A stretch of DNA of 64,000 nt, from NCBI GenBank assembly GCA_965202985.1, contig CBDBCF010000001.1, positions 1,568,001-1,632,000 of the forward strand, read 5' to 3'. Position numbers and translations under genes: made by a program. Below are positions 17,758-28,143 of the stretch, piece after piece. The stretch's first letter is position 1; every line of letters begins with the position of its first letter. The DNA comes from Longimicrobiales bacterium. GTDB taxonomy: Bacteria > Gemmatimonadota > Gemmatimonadetes > Longimicrobiales > Gaopeijiaceae. A model generated the notes under the pieces. It did not search any database. It was not told the origin of the DNA and worked only from the letters and a program-made list of their open reading frames with translations.

Positions 17758-19935
17758 TTGGCGGAGGTGCGCGGCGGAGCGGACAGGCCGGCTGGCCGAG
17801 AGACGAACGGCGAACCCCTAGCCGGTAGCGGGGCCGACGTCCTTGCGGCCCTCCGCGTCGAAAAGCGGCCGGCGGTGCTCCGGTTCCCGGGGCGGGTCCT
17901 GTACTTGGTGGATAATGCGCAACTGCTGCGCCGCCAGCTTCGCGACGGCATTGACCTGACGCTCGCCGAGGCCACCGAAGCAGGCCTTCGAGACCAAATC
18001 AGCACCGACGAGATCACGCCCGCGTACATCTGCTTCTTCTACGACGAGACGCTGGGCGAGTTCCCCTACCTGGGTTTGCGGGCGCGAGCCCCCGGGCCTG
18101 ACGGCGCGACCGGGACCGACGAGGCTCCGGTGGAACGCGGCAGCGTGAAGGCGGGCGGGTTCGCGTGCTCGGTCGCCGGGAAGCGCCGTGGCAAGGGGTC
18201 GAGCCGCGAGCAGAGTCCGTACGCGGAACGGATGGCGGGCATCCAGGTGGTCGTGTCCGAGAGCATCGAACGCATCTACGAGGAGAACTGCCAGAACCTG
18301 GGCGTTCTCACGACGACCGACCTGGGCGTGGCGGAGCGCATCCGCGCCGGCGAGCCGATCCCGCTGGCCGAGTTCACCGCCGGCAAGGACGAGATCACGC
18401 GGCAGATCGTTGAGTACGGCGGCCTGTTCGAGTTCAACGCGGCGCGCTTGCAGGGCAAGGTGACGCTGCCCGCCCCCGAGGCGCTGGGAACAGAGGCGCG
18501 CAACGGCGAGGCGCGGAGCGGCGAAGGGCGCGACGCTGGACAGCCGTCCCCGCGCCGTCCGATGACGCTCGGCGAGAAGATCTTCGCCCGCAAGTGGGTC
18601 GTGGACGCGGCACGGGACTCGGTCGGAGTGAACTGGGCCCAGCCCGGAGAGGCCGGCTTTTTCCGCGCAGACCTGCGCTTCTCGCACGAGTACGTGACGC
18701 CGATGGCGGCGATCTTCTTCGAGGAGAAGCTGGGACCGCGCGCCAAGGTGCAGGACCCCGGCTCGGTCCTCTTCTTCCGCGATCACCTGACGTTCCTTCA
18801 CACGGCGATGAGCCAGGAGCGGATCGAGGACGGCCTGCTGGACGTGGCCAACGAGCTGGAGGTCAAGCAGCGGGAGTTCGCGGAGAAGCAGGGCGTGCGC
18901 CTCTACGGCGAACAGATGGGCCACGCCATGGGCTCGGAGGCGATCTGCCACTCCAAGGTGCTCGAGGAGTACGCCGAGCCGGGGATGCTAGTGATCGGGA
19001 CCGACTCGCACACCCCGCACGCCGGGGCCGTGGGCGCGCTGGCGTTCGGCGTCGGCACCACGGCGATCTTCAACTCGTGGATCACCAAGGACGTGCGGGC
19101 GCGCATTCCGTCGTCGTTCAAGGTGGTGGTCTCGGGGATTCCGCCCCGCAACGTGACCGCCAAGGACTACATGCTGGAGATCCTGCGCCACCCGTACGTG
19201 CGCGAGGGCCACGCCATCGGGCAGATCGTGGAGTACGCGGGTCCAGCCGTGGAGGCGCTGTCGGTGGACGAGCGGGCCACGATGACCAACATGGCGGCGG
19301 AGGTGGGCGCCTTCACCGGGATCGTGGCCGCCGACGAACGCACCGTCGAGTTCCTGGTGCAGGAGCGCGGAATGGACCCGGCCGCCGCCCGCGCGCTGGT
19401 GGACGGCATGCAGAGCGACCTCGGCGCCGAGTACGTGACCGTGATCGAGATCGACGCCTCCAAGGTGCGGCCGATGGTCGCGCTTCCCGGCGACCCCGGC
19501 AACGGCGTCCGCATCGACGAGATGGCCGCCGCCGTCCCGATCGAGATCGCCTACGCCGGCTCGTGCACGGCGGGCAAGAAGGAGGACATGGACATGTACG
19601 CCCGCGTCTTCGGCGAAGCCCGTCGGCGGGGCCGGGGCGTGCATCCCGGCGTCAAGTGCTACATCCAGTGCGGGTCGGTGGACGTGCGCGAGTACGCCCG
19701 GGCGCAGGGCTACCTGGACCTCTTCCGCGACGTGGGCGCCGAGTTCGTCGAGCCGGGTTGCGGGGCGTGCATCGCCGCCGGCCCGGGCATCACCGAGCGC
19801 GCCGACCAAGTGTCGGTGTCGTCGCAGAACCGCAACTTCCCCGGACGTTCGGGGCCGGGGCAACTGTACCTGGTGTCGCCCTACTCGGTGGCCGCATCGG
19901 CCGTGGCGGGCAAGGTGTCGGGTTGGGAGGCGTGA
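17758..19935 (+). CDS. Aconitase-family hydratase with N-terminal swivel (LeuD-like) fused to a LeuC-like [4Fe-4S] domain
   Basis: Swivel motifs ISTDEITP and GKGSSREQS come first, then DH, ICH, GTDSHT, ERATMTNMAAE, GSCT, GCGAC and NRNFPGR. Confidence 0.88.
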   Translation: MAEVRGGADRPAGRETNGEPLAGSGADVLAALRVEKRPAVLRFPGRVLYLVDNAQLLRRQLRDGIDLTLAEATEAGLRDQISTDEITPAYICFFYDETLGEFPYLGLRARAPGPDGATGTDEAPVERGSVKAGGFACSVAGKRRGKGSSREQSPYAERMAGIQVVVSESIERIYEENCQNLGVLTTTDLGVAERIRAGEPIPLAEFTAGKDEITRQIVEYGGLFEFNAARLQGKVTLPAPEALGTEARNGEARSGEGRDAGQPSPRRPMTLGEKIFARKWVVDAARDSVGVNWAQPGEAGFFRADLRFSHEYVTPMAAIFFEEKLGPRAKVQDPGSVLFFRDHLTFLHTAMSQERIEDGLLDVANELEVKQREFAEKQGVRLYGEQMGHAMGSEAICHSKVLEEYAEPGMLVIGTDSHTPHAGAVGALAFGVGTTAIFNSWITKDVRARIPSSFKVVVSGIPPRNVTAKDYMLEILRHPYVREGHAIGQIVEYAGPAVEALSVDERATMTNMAAEVGAFTGIVAADERTVEFLVQERGMDPAAARALVDGMQSDLGAEYVTVIEIDASKVRPMVALPGDPGNGVRIDEMAAAVPIEIAYAGSCTAGKKEDMDMYARVFGEARRRGRGVHPGVKCYIQCGSVDVREYARAQGYLDLFRDVGAEFVEPGCGACIAAGPGITERADQVSVSSQNRNFPGRSGPGQLYLVSPYSVAASAVAGKVSGWEA

Positions 19936-19965
19936 AGCCCACGCGTCGACCGGACGCCAGACCAG

Positions 19966-21011
19966 CTAGCGTCCGCCTTCGGCTTCTCTGCTCGCCCCGC
20001 CCGTCCGTCGCGCCAAGGCCACGATGGAAGGGAACACATCCCAGGCCTCGACGGTAAACACCCTGTCCCAGGACACGACCGCCTCGTTCGCATAGTGGGG
20101 GAGAACGTCGGTTCCCAGGTACGCCCGGACCGCACGTCGAATTTGTCCAGCAACCGGCCGCGCAGTTGACTCTCGCCGCCGAACAGGACGAACAACGTGT
20201 CCTCGACCACGGACAAAGACAGGCCGTTTTCGGCGGGACGCCTTGTCATTTGCATATGCCACCGGTTCCCTTGACGCACCTCGCGCACCTTCGGAAAATC
20301 CGAATGCTCGACGTAAGGGAAGACGCCCACCAGCTCGGTGCCCCGGAACGTCATCCAGCCGTTGCCATAACGGAACCCGAACACCCAGCCTTCGTCGCCC
20401 CACCTGACCAGTCCCCCTTGGTGGTGCAACGGGTTCGGCTTTCCGAACTCGGTCGGCAGTGCTGGCTCGACCACGCCGTCGCCATCCCAAAGCGCGAGGA
20501 CAGAACCCGGACCCCCTCCAGTGACGGCCAGCCGCCTGCCCGGCAAGGCGGCTACGTCGTCCACAAAGCGGCCTTGCTCCGGTGTCCGGTTCGTTTCGAG
20601 AGGGCTCCCGTCCGCACTCAACCGGACCACGCGCCGGTTGCCTGAATCGACCAGCACCACCGAGCCGTCCTGCTCCACATCCATAGCCCGGACGTTTAGC
20701 AGCTCGTCCGGCCCTTCGCCCTTTTTCCCCCATGACCACAACAAGTGGCCATCCGCCCCGATTCGGTATGCGGCCTGGTTCGTTATGTCGAAGAAGACCA
20801 AGCCCCCGTCACCGTCCAGACGGGGCGTCCCCGGAGTCGCAAGCAACGTGTCCGACGGGCCGCCAAATGCCCAAAGCGTGTCGAACTCCACAGACGACCG
20901 AACCCGCTCAACGTCGTCGGAGGCCGAAAACAGCGCCTGCGCCACAAGAAGCCGTTCCTGCTGACCGCCGCACTCGCCGACGCAACCCAGCACGAAAGGC
21001 ACCGCTAGCAT
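19966..21011 (-). pseudogene. 6-bladed beta-propeller-like secreted protein, frameshifted near 20125
   Basis: WGKKGEGPDEL and VLVDSGNRRVVRLS blade motifs. The C-terminus (AYLGTDVLP..VFTVE..PSIVAL) lies in another frame. Could be a sequencing indel. Confidence 0.65.
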
Positions 21012-21359
21012 CCACGCCTTCACGCGGACCCCAGCGACTCGAGAATTTCCGCCAACGGACACCCGTCGAACGCCTCCATCTTCACGACCGCCCCAGAGGG
21101 TCGACGACCAAAGCAAGCGACGTTCGCGCATGGCCCAGAACCGCCAAGGACGATGTTGTCCTCGGAGACAATGTCCCGTGCGGGAACGATTCGCTAGCCA
21201 ACCGGACTGCAACGGGAAGCTCGCCGGCACCTCCCTGGCCGGCAAGGTGTCGGGCAGACTCGAACTTGGGAAATCCGGTGCGGCTCTCCGCGCCGCGTCT
21301 CAACCGGCTTCCGCGCGCCCCGGCTGGCCCCAGCGCGGACGCCCGCACCCAAGGCTTCG

Positions 21360-21708
21360 ACCTGACGGGACGCTGGCGTTGCCGGGGATGCGGTGGCGCG
21401 CGGCGGACCTGTCGGCCAGCTTCCACCGCAACGAGATGGTGATCACCGCCAACCGCAACTCCGCTTTCGTCCGCGAAACCCAGACGATGCTCATCACGGA
21501 GAACCAGCCCAAGCAGCGGATCGGAGCCGCGCTGGATGTGCGGTCGGTCTGGGGGATCGGCGCACGCTCCCGGCTGAACCACGGTGGCTCCGTCAAGCTG
21601 CCGCCCGGCCACGTGGCCCAGCTGTGGGCATTCGACTACCCGGCGGAGTCGTCCTACGGACTCTCGGGACGGGTCACCAGCGCGTGGGCCGACCTGGCGA
21701 TCTGGTAG
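21360..21708 (+). pseudogene. Probable 3' remnant of an unidentified gene
   Basis: High GC3 coding-like bias only in the 3' part of ORF 21130-21708; no family recognised. Confidence 0.3.
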
Positions 21709-21712
21709 AGAG

Positions 21713-23485
21713 GTGGCGCAGGCGTCCGGTCGTCGAGAGTTGCTTGTAGTGGCGTCCTTCACGGTAGGGATGTGTCTCGCGCTAATCGCGGGCCTAAGAG
21801 AGATCAGCACGACAACCCTGCCTGTGCCTGGTGCGTTCGATCCCTCGGACCCATTGACGATGTCATGGCAGGATCTCGCGAGGCGCAATAGCGTGGTCGT
21901 TCTCCTGCTAATTGCGGGCGGCGTTCTCGGGGGTATGCCGACTATCGTGTTGCTGGCGCTGAACGGCTTCCTCGTGGGGAATGCACTGTCGGCCTTTGCC
22001 TCCAGCGAACTTGGCATAATGCGATTTCTTCTCTCAGCGGGTCCACACGGCGTACTTGAGATGAGTGGCCTGGTTCTCGCCGGTGCAGCCGGTCTCGGAG
22101 TTGCAGCCCACCTCCTTGGTGTGTTTGGCGTCAACTTCAGGCCCCCGTCCTTTCGAAGCCTGCTGTGCCAGGGACTCGCCGCGGGCCTGCTCATGCTGCC
22201 TGCGGCGTGGATCGAAGTCAACGCTACGCCAAAAGTGGTCGCTCTACTGTGGGATGCGGAAGTCGTAGCGAAGGCAGAAATCCTTGTTCGATGGTGTACG
22301 ATTATCGCAATACAGGCACTATCGATATGGATGCTATTTAGTGTCTATAGCGCTATTGGCGAATCACCAAGCCCTGGTATAGTCAGGATATTGGCTACAG
22401 TACTGCCTTTGTGGAGTACACTTGTTGCCGGAGTCTGCATTGTGGTGTACGAATACTATTTCGTGGAGTGGAGGACTGCCGGCGCAACCTGGACGGCACT
22501 TGCATTTGTAGTGCTCTGTGGCTTGCCATCTCTCTTATATGGAGCAGCCCGAAACTACACGGCCCGCTCGAAAGATGTCGGCACCGGGTTTCGGGTTCAT
22601 GTCCCATGGATGTTGCTTGCGGCAGCGTATCTGCTGATCGGGTATGGCACAGCAGCAGTATTGGACGTACTTCTGCCCAACATGCATAGACTTGCAAGTA
22701 TACTCCTGTGTGCAATGACAACAACGTTAGTTGTGATATTGACCGGTCCAGTACTTGTCCGGCGACTCCTCGCCGAAACGATGCCAATTGATTGGTCGGA
22801 CCGGCAGTACTTGGACACGGCGACCCTGTTGGATCAGTTGCGCTGTTCGCGAAATCATGTGCGGTTGATAAGAATGCGAAGCGACAAGCTGGTGAATGCG
22901 ATGGCCAGCGGCATTCTGCCGGGAAGTCGCCAGATCATTCTGACAACCGATCTGGTCGCATGCCTGATGCCACGAGAACTCGCAGCCGTAGTAGCGCATG
23001 AAGTTGGTCACCATCGTCGCAGGCACTTGCAAGTCGGAGCAATGTTGCTGTCGCTGTTGACCTTGCTCTATGCTGTCGGTATAGCAGTACTGGAGAGCCT
23101 TGCGTCAACACTTGGCTTGGGTCCTCTTGGCGGGATGGTCGTCCTGCTTTGGATGTCGACATTCGTACTATTGGCAATACCGGCGCTGCTAGCAGCCTGT
23201 TTTCGCTCATTTGAATGGCAAGCAGATGCGTACGCTGCCCGCCACGGTCTTGCCGGGGAGCTGGCCTCGGCACTTGAGAGAATCGGCAGCTCCGAAACCG
23301 AACGTCGGATTAACTCGCGTATTGCACGGCTATTGGCGTTTCATCCACCGCGGCAGAATAGAATTCAGCAGCTGAGATCGTATAGTGGCGACACGCTTGA
23401 CCTTGAACCAGTCGTTGCCCAGCAAGCACCTTCGCAGAAAGTGCCCCTCAGCCCACCAAGTCGCCCAGCAGGAAGAGGTCGGTGA
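21713..23485 (+). CDS. SpoIIM (DUF95) membrane domain fused to an M48 (HtpX/Ste24-like) zinc metalloprotease
   Basis: N-terminus has RN, LNGFLVG, PHGVLE and AAWIEVNATP (SpoIIM pattern). C-terminus has NAMASG, ELAAVVAHEVGH (HExxH), EWQADAYA and HPP..NRI. Lower GC than its neighbours. Confidence 0.8.
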   Translation: MAQASGRRELLVVASFTVGMCLALIAGLREISTTTLPVPGAFDPSDPLTMSWQDLARRNSVVVLLLIAGGVLGGMPTIVLLALNGFLVGNALSAFASSELGIMRFLLSAGPHGVLEMSGLVLAGAAGLGVAAHLLGVFGVNFRPPSFRSLLCQGLAAGLLMLPAAWIEVNATPKVVALLWDAEVVAKAEILVRWCTIIAIQALSIWMLFSVYSAIGESPSPGIVRILATVLPLWSTLVAGVCIVVYEYYFVEWRTAGATWTALAFVVLCGLPSLLYGAARNYTARSKDVGTGFRVHVPWMLLAAAYLLIGYGTAAVLDVLLPNMHRLASILLCAMTTTLVVILTGPVLVRRLLAETMPIDWSDRQYLDTATLLDQLRCSRNHVRLIRMRSDKLVNAMASGILPGSRQIILTTDLVACLMPRELAAVVAHEVGHHRRRHLQVGAMLLSLLTLLYAVGIAVLESLASTLGLGPLGGMVVLLWMSTFVLLAIPALLAACFRSFEWQADAYAARHGLAGELASALERIGSSETERRINSRIARLLAFHPPRQNRIQQLRSYSGDTLDLEPVVAQQAPSQKVPLSPPSRPAGRGR

Positions 23486-23822
23486 GCAGGGCTCGGACGT
23501 GGACGGAGGCGTTGAGGTTGTCCACGAGCTGGGAAGACACGGTCGGCTGGGCGCGCACCAAGCGCACCAGCGCCTGGGCGGCGGAGGCGTCGCGCTCCAG
23601 CACGGCGACGGCTTCCTTGCGGCCCGAGGCGTTGGGCAGGTGCGCGCGAAAGCCGTCGGCCAAGCCGTCCAAGGCCTCGTCGAAGCGCCGCAGGTAGTCG
23701 CGCACTTGTTCGCCGGCGGAACCGGCGGCCTCGCCCGCGAGTCCCTGGGCCGCGTAGGCCAGGAAGAACTCGTAGGCTTCCTCGATCAGCTCCGCTCGGG
23801 ACTTCAGGTCGTCCCGGGTCAC
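23448..23822 (-). CDS. Conserved small helical protein, last gene of the oxidoreductase operon
   Basis: IEEAYEFFLAYAAQG and SSQLVDNLNASVHVRALLTDLFLL; GTGA overlap with the cytochrome b gene. Confidence 0.75.
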   Translation of the reverse strand: MTRDDLKSRAELIEEAYEFFLAYAAQGLAGEAAGSAGEQVRDYLRRFDEALDGLADGFRAHLPNASGRKEAVAVLERDASAAQALVRLVRAQPTVSSQLVDNLNASVHVRALLTDLFLLGDLVG

Positions 23823-24667
23823 GTGCCTTCCGGTGCGCCTTTGGCGGCAGGCCCTTCGGTCGCTGCCGCACTGGCCGCCCATCGCTCGGGGTCGTGGTTC
23901 TGCAGGTAGCGGTCGCGACTGATCCAGCCGTTGATCATGGACCAGGTCATCCAGCGCTTCTCGGGGCGGATCGCGAAGTAGACGTGGGCGATCACGAGGA
24001 AGATCAGCCCGATCCCGCACGCGCCGTGCACCACGTACACCCAGCCCCACACGGCGTCGCCGAACAGGTAGGGGTTCTGTTCCCACAGGAAGTGGTCGAT
24101 GCGGAACATCATGAGCACGCCGGTGACCACGGCCCCCAGCGTGACGACCGTGGCGGCGTGGTGGAACATCTTCTGGTCGGCGGGATACTTGCCCGGGCGG
24201 GGCGGCTCTTCGTCGCCGGCACGCAACGCCTTCTTGAGGTTCTGGGCCGCTTCCTCCACGTCGCGCCGGCCCATCCACATCGTGCGGAAGTCCTGCTTCG
24301 CGAAGACGTGCCAGACGTGGTACGCCAACGTCAAGATCAGGCCGAAGCCGGCGATCCAGTGCACCGTCACCCAGGGGAACCGGATGCCCAGCAGGGGGAA
24401 GAACGCCGTGATCAGCAGCACGAACATGGCCACGGTCATCGACCAGTGGAACGCTCGGGCGCCGGTGGAGTGGCGCAGGATCTTCTCCGGCAAGCCCTTG
24501 GCCTCGTCCGGGTCCACGGCGTCCGCGCGCTTCTTCTTTGGCACCAGGAAGGCGTGGCCCGCCACGAAGAGCGCCCCCACGGCCACGGCCGCCCAGATCA
24601 GGTCCCAGGAGACGCCGACCAGGACGTCTTCGCCCCAAGGGTTCAGGGTCCGTCGCAGGAACTCCAT
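23819..24667 (-). CDS. Membrane cytochrome b (formate dehydrogenase gamma/FdnI-like)
   Basis: RH..RAFHW, VHW, GKYPADQKMFH, VVHG, AHVYF and WSMINGWI, with His-bearing TM helices. Confidence 0.85.
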   Translation of the reverse strand: MEFLRRTLNPWGEDVLVGVSWDLIWAAVAVGALFVAGHAFLVPKKKRADAVDPDEAKGLPEKILRHSTGARAFHWSMTVAMFVLLITAFFPLLGIRFPWVTVHWIAGFGLILTLAYHVWHVFAKQDFRTMWMGRRDVEEAAQNLKKALRAGDEEPPRPGKYPADQKMFHHAATVVTLGAVVTGVLMMFRIDHFLWEQNPYLFGDAVWGWVYVVHGACGIGLIFLVIAHVYFAIRPEKRWMTWSMINGWISRDRYLQNHDPERWAASAAATEGPAAKGAPEGT

Positions 24668-24687
24668 GGCGTCGCGCGCGCCCCCGG

Positions 24688-25695
24688 CTAGGCGACGGCC
24701 GCGTCGCGCACCGAACGCATGACCAGGTTCCGCATGAGGGCGATCTTGTAGTCGTTGTGGCGAAGCGCGCGGGCGCCTTCCACGGCGGCCTCGCCCGCCA
24801 TCCGCCCGATCTCTTCGCCGGGCTCGCGGCCCGCGACGACCGCTTCGGCCTCCCGACACCGCACCGGGTAGGGCGCGACGCCGTTGACCACGATCCGGGC
24901 GTCCCGGACCACGCCGCCCTCCATCTGGAGCACCGAGGCCACGCTGGCCAGGGAGAAGTCCCACGACTTGCGGTCGCGAACCTTCTCGAAGTACCAGCGG
25001 GCACCGGGCCGGGGCGCGGGGAGGCGCATCCGGGTCAGCACGTCGCCGGGCTCCAGGACGGTCATGCGCATGATGTCGATTGCCGGACCGATGAAGAAGT
25101 CGGCGGCGGCATGGGTGGTCTCTCCCGAGGGGCCGGCCACTGTCATCTCGGCGTCCAGGGCCACCAGCGCCGGCGCCGTGTCCGACGGGTTGACGGCCAC
25201 GCACCGACTGGCCCCCAGGATGCAGTGCTCGCGGTTCATGGAACGCGGCGTGGCGGCGTAGCAGATGTTGCCTCCGGCCCGGTAGCAGGGCCAGCCGCTC
25301 CGGTAGTACCAGCAGCGCGTGTCCTGGGCGATGTTGCCGCCCAAGGTGCCCTGGTTGCGGATCTGGGGCGTGGCGACGAGCCCCGCGGCTTCGGCCAGCA
25401 GGGGATAGCGGCTTCGGACGGCTTCGTCCTCGGCCACGTCGGTGAGCGTGGTCATGGCGCCGATCTCCAGGCCTCCGTCGTCGCCTTGGGAGATGCCGCG
25501 AAGCTCGGGGACGCCGCTCAGGTCGACGACCGCCGTCGGCCGCTTGATCCGGTCCTTGAACCAGTCGAAGGTGTCCAGCCCGCCCGCCAGCACCCAGCCG
25601 TCCCGGCCGTGCTCCGCCAGCAGGCGAACGGCGTCTTCCACGCCCGCCGGCTGGTAGAGTTCGAACGGCGGGATCATGTCGCGAATGACTGCCAC
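24688..25695 (-). CDS. Xanthine dehydrogenase family FAD-binding subunit (PaoB/YagS-like, with Cys insert)
   Basis: AGGLD, IGAMTTL, ATPQIRNQGTLGGN, RCWYYR..C..C..C, NPSD and NDYKI motifs. Confidence 0.92.
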   Translation of the reverse strand: MAVIRDMIPPFELYQPAGVEDAVRLLAEHGRDGWVLAGGLDTFDWFKDRIKRPTAVVDLSGVPELRGISQGDDGGLEIGAMTTLTDVAEDEAVRSRYPLLAEAAGLVATPQIRNQGTLGGNIAQDTRCWYYRSGWPCYRAGGNICYAATPRSMNREHCILGASRCVAVNPSDTAPALVALDAEMTVAGPSGETTHAAADFFIGPAIDIMRMTVLEPGDVLTRMRLPAPRPGARWYFEKVRDRKSWDFSLASVASVLQMEGGVVRDARIVVNGVAPYPVRCREAEAVVAGREPGEEIGRMAGEAAVEGARALRHNDYKIALMRNLVMRSVRDAAVA

Positions 25696-25712
25696 TTGAC
25701 TCTCCTTGTCTT

Positions 25713-28127
25713 CTAGACGTGCGTGTCCAGCACGCCGTAGGGGCGGGGCCGGCCTTCCAGCTCCGCCAAGATCATGTCGGAGGTGAGCGGCGTTCGGCAC
25801 AGGCAGCGCCCCCCCATGGCGTCGGCGACAGCGCAAGCGTAGGCCGCCTCGCCCGCGCCCACGGGCGGTTCGCCGATCCCCTTGGCGCCCACCGGCGTCT
25901 GGGGGTCGGGCAGGTTCACCGCGGCGAAGCGAGGACTGCGCGGCACGTCCAGGATGCCCGGCGGGCGAGCCGTGTAGAAGCGCTTGGTGAAGGGAATGCC
26001 CCACTTGGGGTCGAACACCCAGCGCTGGCTCTTGGCCATGCCGATCCCCTGGAAGACGCCGCCGTTGGTCTGGGCCGCCAAGCTTCGGGGGTGCACCACG
26101 GTGCCGCAGTCCGCGGTCGAGGCCAGGTCCACGATCTCGACCTCGCCCGTCTCCACGTCCAGCTCCACTTCGCAGAAGCTGGCCACCCACGAGTAGGTGC
26201 TGCCCTCGCGGGGGTAGGTGTCCTTGGCGGCGGCCACCAGCCCCTGCCCCGCCAGCCCCGCCACGGCCGCCTTGGTGACCTGGTGCAGGTCCTCGTCCTC
26301 GTTGGCGGCCGGGGGCAGCACCTCGCCGCTGAACTTGCCGCCCCGCTCGATGGCGCGACGGGCCGCCCGCGCGAAGTCCATCCCCACCGACGGGTTGCCC
26401 GCCCGGTAGACGCGCCCGTCCGCCACACGGTAGTCGCCGGGCTCGCCGCCCAGCTCCGCCGCCGCCAGCTCGCGCAGCAGTTCGGCCAGGGCGTGGGCCG
26501 CAGCGTGGTTGGCCCGCGTGTGGGCGTGCGTGGTCTGGCTGCCGGCCTGCACGGTGCTGAACGGCAGGTGCTTGCTGGTGTCGCCCCAAACGACCACGAC
26601 CTGGTCCCAGGACAGGTCCAGCACTTGGGCCGCGGCGCGGGCCGTGTCGGCGATCGAGTGCGTGCCCAGGTTCCCGATGCCCTGGTGGACATAGAGCTTG
26701 CCGTCGGGGCGCACCACCAAGAGGCCGTCGCGCCCGGTGCTGCCAGCGGTGAAGGGGCTGATTCCGATCCCGACCCCGGTGACCTTGGCGCCCCGGCGAC
26801 GGCCCGACAGCTGCCGCTTCTCCGACCAGCCGAAGAGCTCGGCGCCCAAGTCCAGGGCTTCCCGCACGTAGGCGCTGCTGAACGGCGTCTGGTTGGGACC
26901 CAGCCAGCCGTCGTGGCCGGGCGCGTTCGCCTTGCGGATCTCCAGCCGGTCCACGTCCAGCTCGCGGGCGGCCTTGTCGACCAACGGCTCCAGCATGGCC
27001 ACGATCTGGGCGCCGCCGGGGGCCCGCTGGGCCGAGCGGGGCGGCGTGTTCGTGAACACGGGCACTCCCCGGAAGCGCATCGTCTCGGGCTGGTAGGCCG
27101 CGGTGGCCACGGCGCCGGCGGTCAAGAAGTCCGATGCGCCGTAAGGCCCGCTGTCCTGCACCAAGTACAGGTCCAGGGCCGTCATGCGCCCGTCGGCTCG
27201 GAACCCCATCCGCGCCCAGCCCTGCAAGCCGGCCCGCGCCCGGCCGATGTAGTTCTCCTCGTAGCGCGTGATCCGCAGCATGACCGGGCGGCCGATCTTG
27301 CGTGAGAGCGCCGCTGGCACCGCCATGATCGGCGCGCCGGAGATCTTGCTGCCGAAGCCGCCTCCGCAGAACTCGGCCACGATCACGACGTCTTCCGCGT
27401 CCATGTCCAGCATCCGCGCCACGGAAGGCCGCGTGCGCTCGGTGCTCTGCGTGGAGCCGTGCAGGTAGAGCTTGCCGTTCTGCCAGTACGCCATGCAGCT
27501 CCGGGGCTCCATGGGGTGGTGCGTGACCGACTGGTGCACGACCGTCTCCTCGACGGTCACGTCCGCTTCGGCGAAGCCCGCCTCGACATCGCCCACCGCC
27601 CACTCGCTGGTCGGCTCGCCCATGGGAAGCTTGTCCGGCCCGGCCGCCTGGAACACCGCCTCCGGCCATTTGAGCGTCTCAACCTCCCGGCCCCGGCGAA
27701 CGTTCCCGTCCAGTCGGGCGTCGGGGCCGTCGGGTCGCAGGCTGTCCAGGGGGTCCAGGACGAACGGGAGCGGTTCCAGCTCCACCTTGATCGCCTCGAC
27801 CGCGGCGGCGGCCGTGGTCTCGTCCACCGCGGCCACCGCCAGGATCGGCTCGCCCTCGTAAAGGGGCTCGTCGGTGAGTGCGCGTTCCTGTCCGGGGACG
27901 GCTTCGCCGGGAAGGTCCGACGCCCGGAGGATGCCCAGCACGCCCTCCATGGCCTCGGCGGCCCGGATGTCCACCCGCCGGACGCGGGCGTGGGGCATGG
28001 GGCTGGCCAGAAGCTTGGCGAAGACCATGCCCTCGGCGCGGAAGTCCTCCGCGTAGCGGGCTCGCCCGGTGATCTTGGCGTGCAGGTCCGGGGGAGCGAT
28101 GTCGGTGCCGATCACGTTTTCGGCCAT
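25713..28127 (-). CDS. Xanthine dehydrogenase family molybdopterin-binding subunit
   Basis: KITGRARYAED, SPMPHAR, HPMEP, GGGFGSK, RAPG, DCG and AKGIGEPP motifs. Confidence 0.95.
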   Translation of the reverse strand: MAENVIGTDIAPPDLHAKITGRARYAEDFRAEGMVFAKLLASPMPHARVRRVDIRAAEAMEGVLGILRASDLPGEAVPGQERALTDEPLYEGEPILAVAAVDETTAAAAVEAIKVELEPLPFVLDPLDSLRPDGPDARLDGNVRRGREVETLKWPEAVFQAAGPDKLPMGEPTSEWAVGDVEAGFAEADVTVEETVVHQSVTHHPMEPRSCMAYWQNGKLYLHGSTQSTERTRPSVARMLDMDAEDVVIVAEFCGGGFGSKISGAPIMAVPAALSRKIGRPVMLRITRYEENYIGRARAGLQGWARMGFRADGRMTALDLYLVQDSGPYGASDFLTAGAVATAAYQPETMRFRGVPVFTNTPPRSAQRAPGGAQIVAMLEPLVDKAARELDVDRLEIRKANAPGHDGWLGPNQTPFSSAYVREALDLGAELFGWSEKRQLSGRRRGAKVTGVGIGISPFTAGSTGRDGLLVVRPDGKLYVHQGIGNLGTHSIADTARAAAQVLDLSWDQVVVVWGDTSKHLPFSTVQAGSQTTHAHTRANHAAAHALAELLRELAAAELGGEPGDYRVADGRVYRAGNPSVGMDFARAARRAIERGGKFSGEVLPPAANEDEDLHQVTKAAVAGLAGQGLVAAAKDTYPREGSTYSWVASFCEVELDVETGEVEIVDLASTADCGTVVHPRSLAAQTNGGVFQGIGMAKSQRWVFDPKWGIPFTKRFYTARPPGILDVPRSPRFAAVNLPDPQTPVGAKGIGEPPVGAGEAAYACAVADAMGGRCLCRTPLTSDMILAELEGRPRPYGVLDTHV

Positions 28128-28143
28128 CAGTCGTCTCCTGGGT

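Noticed and set aside
21130..21708. Bacteriocin precursor for the SpoIIM-M48 fusion
   Set aside because: Not short, hydrophobic or cationic in the way circular bacteriocin precursors are; it looks like a remnant of an unrelated gene.
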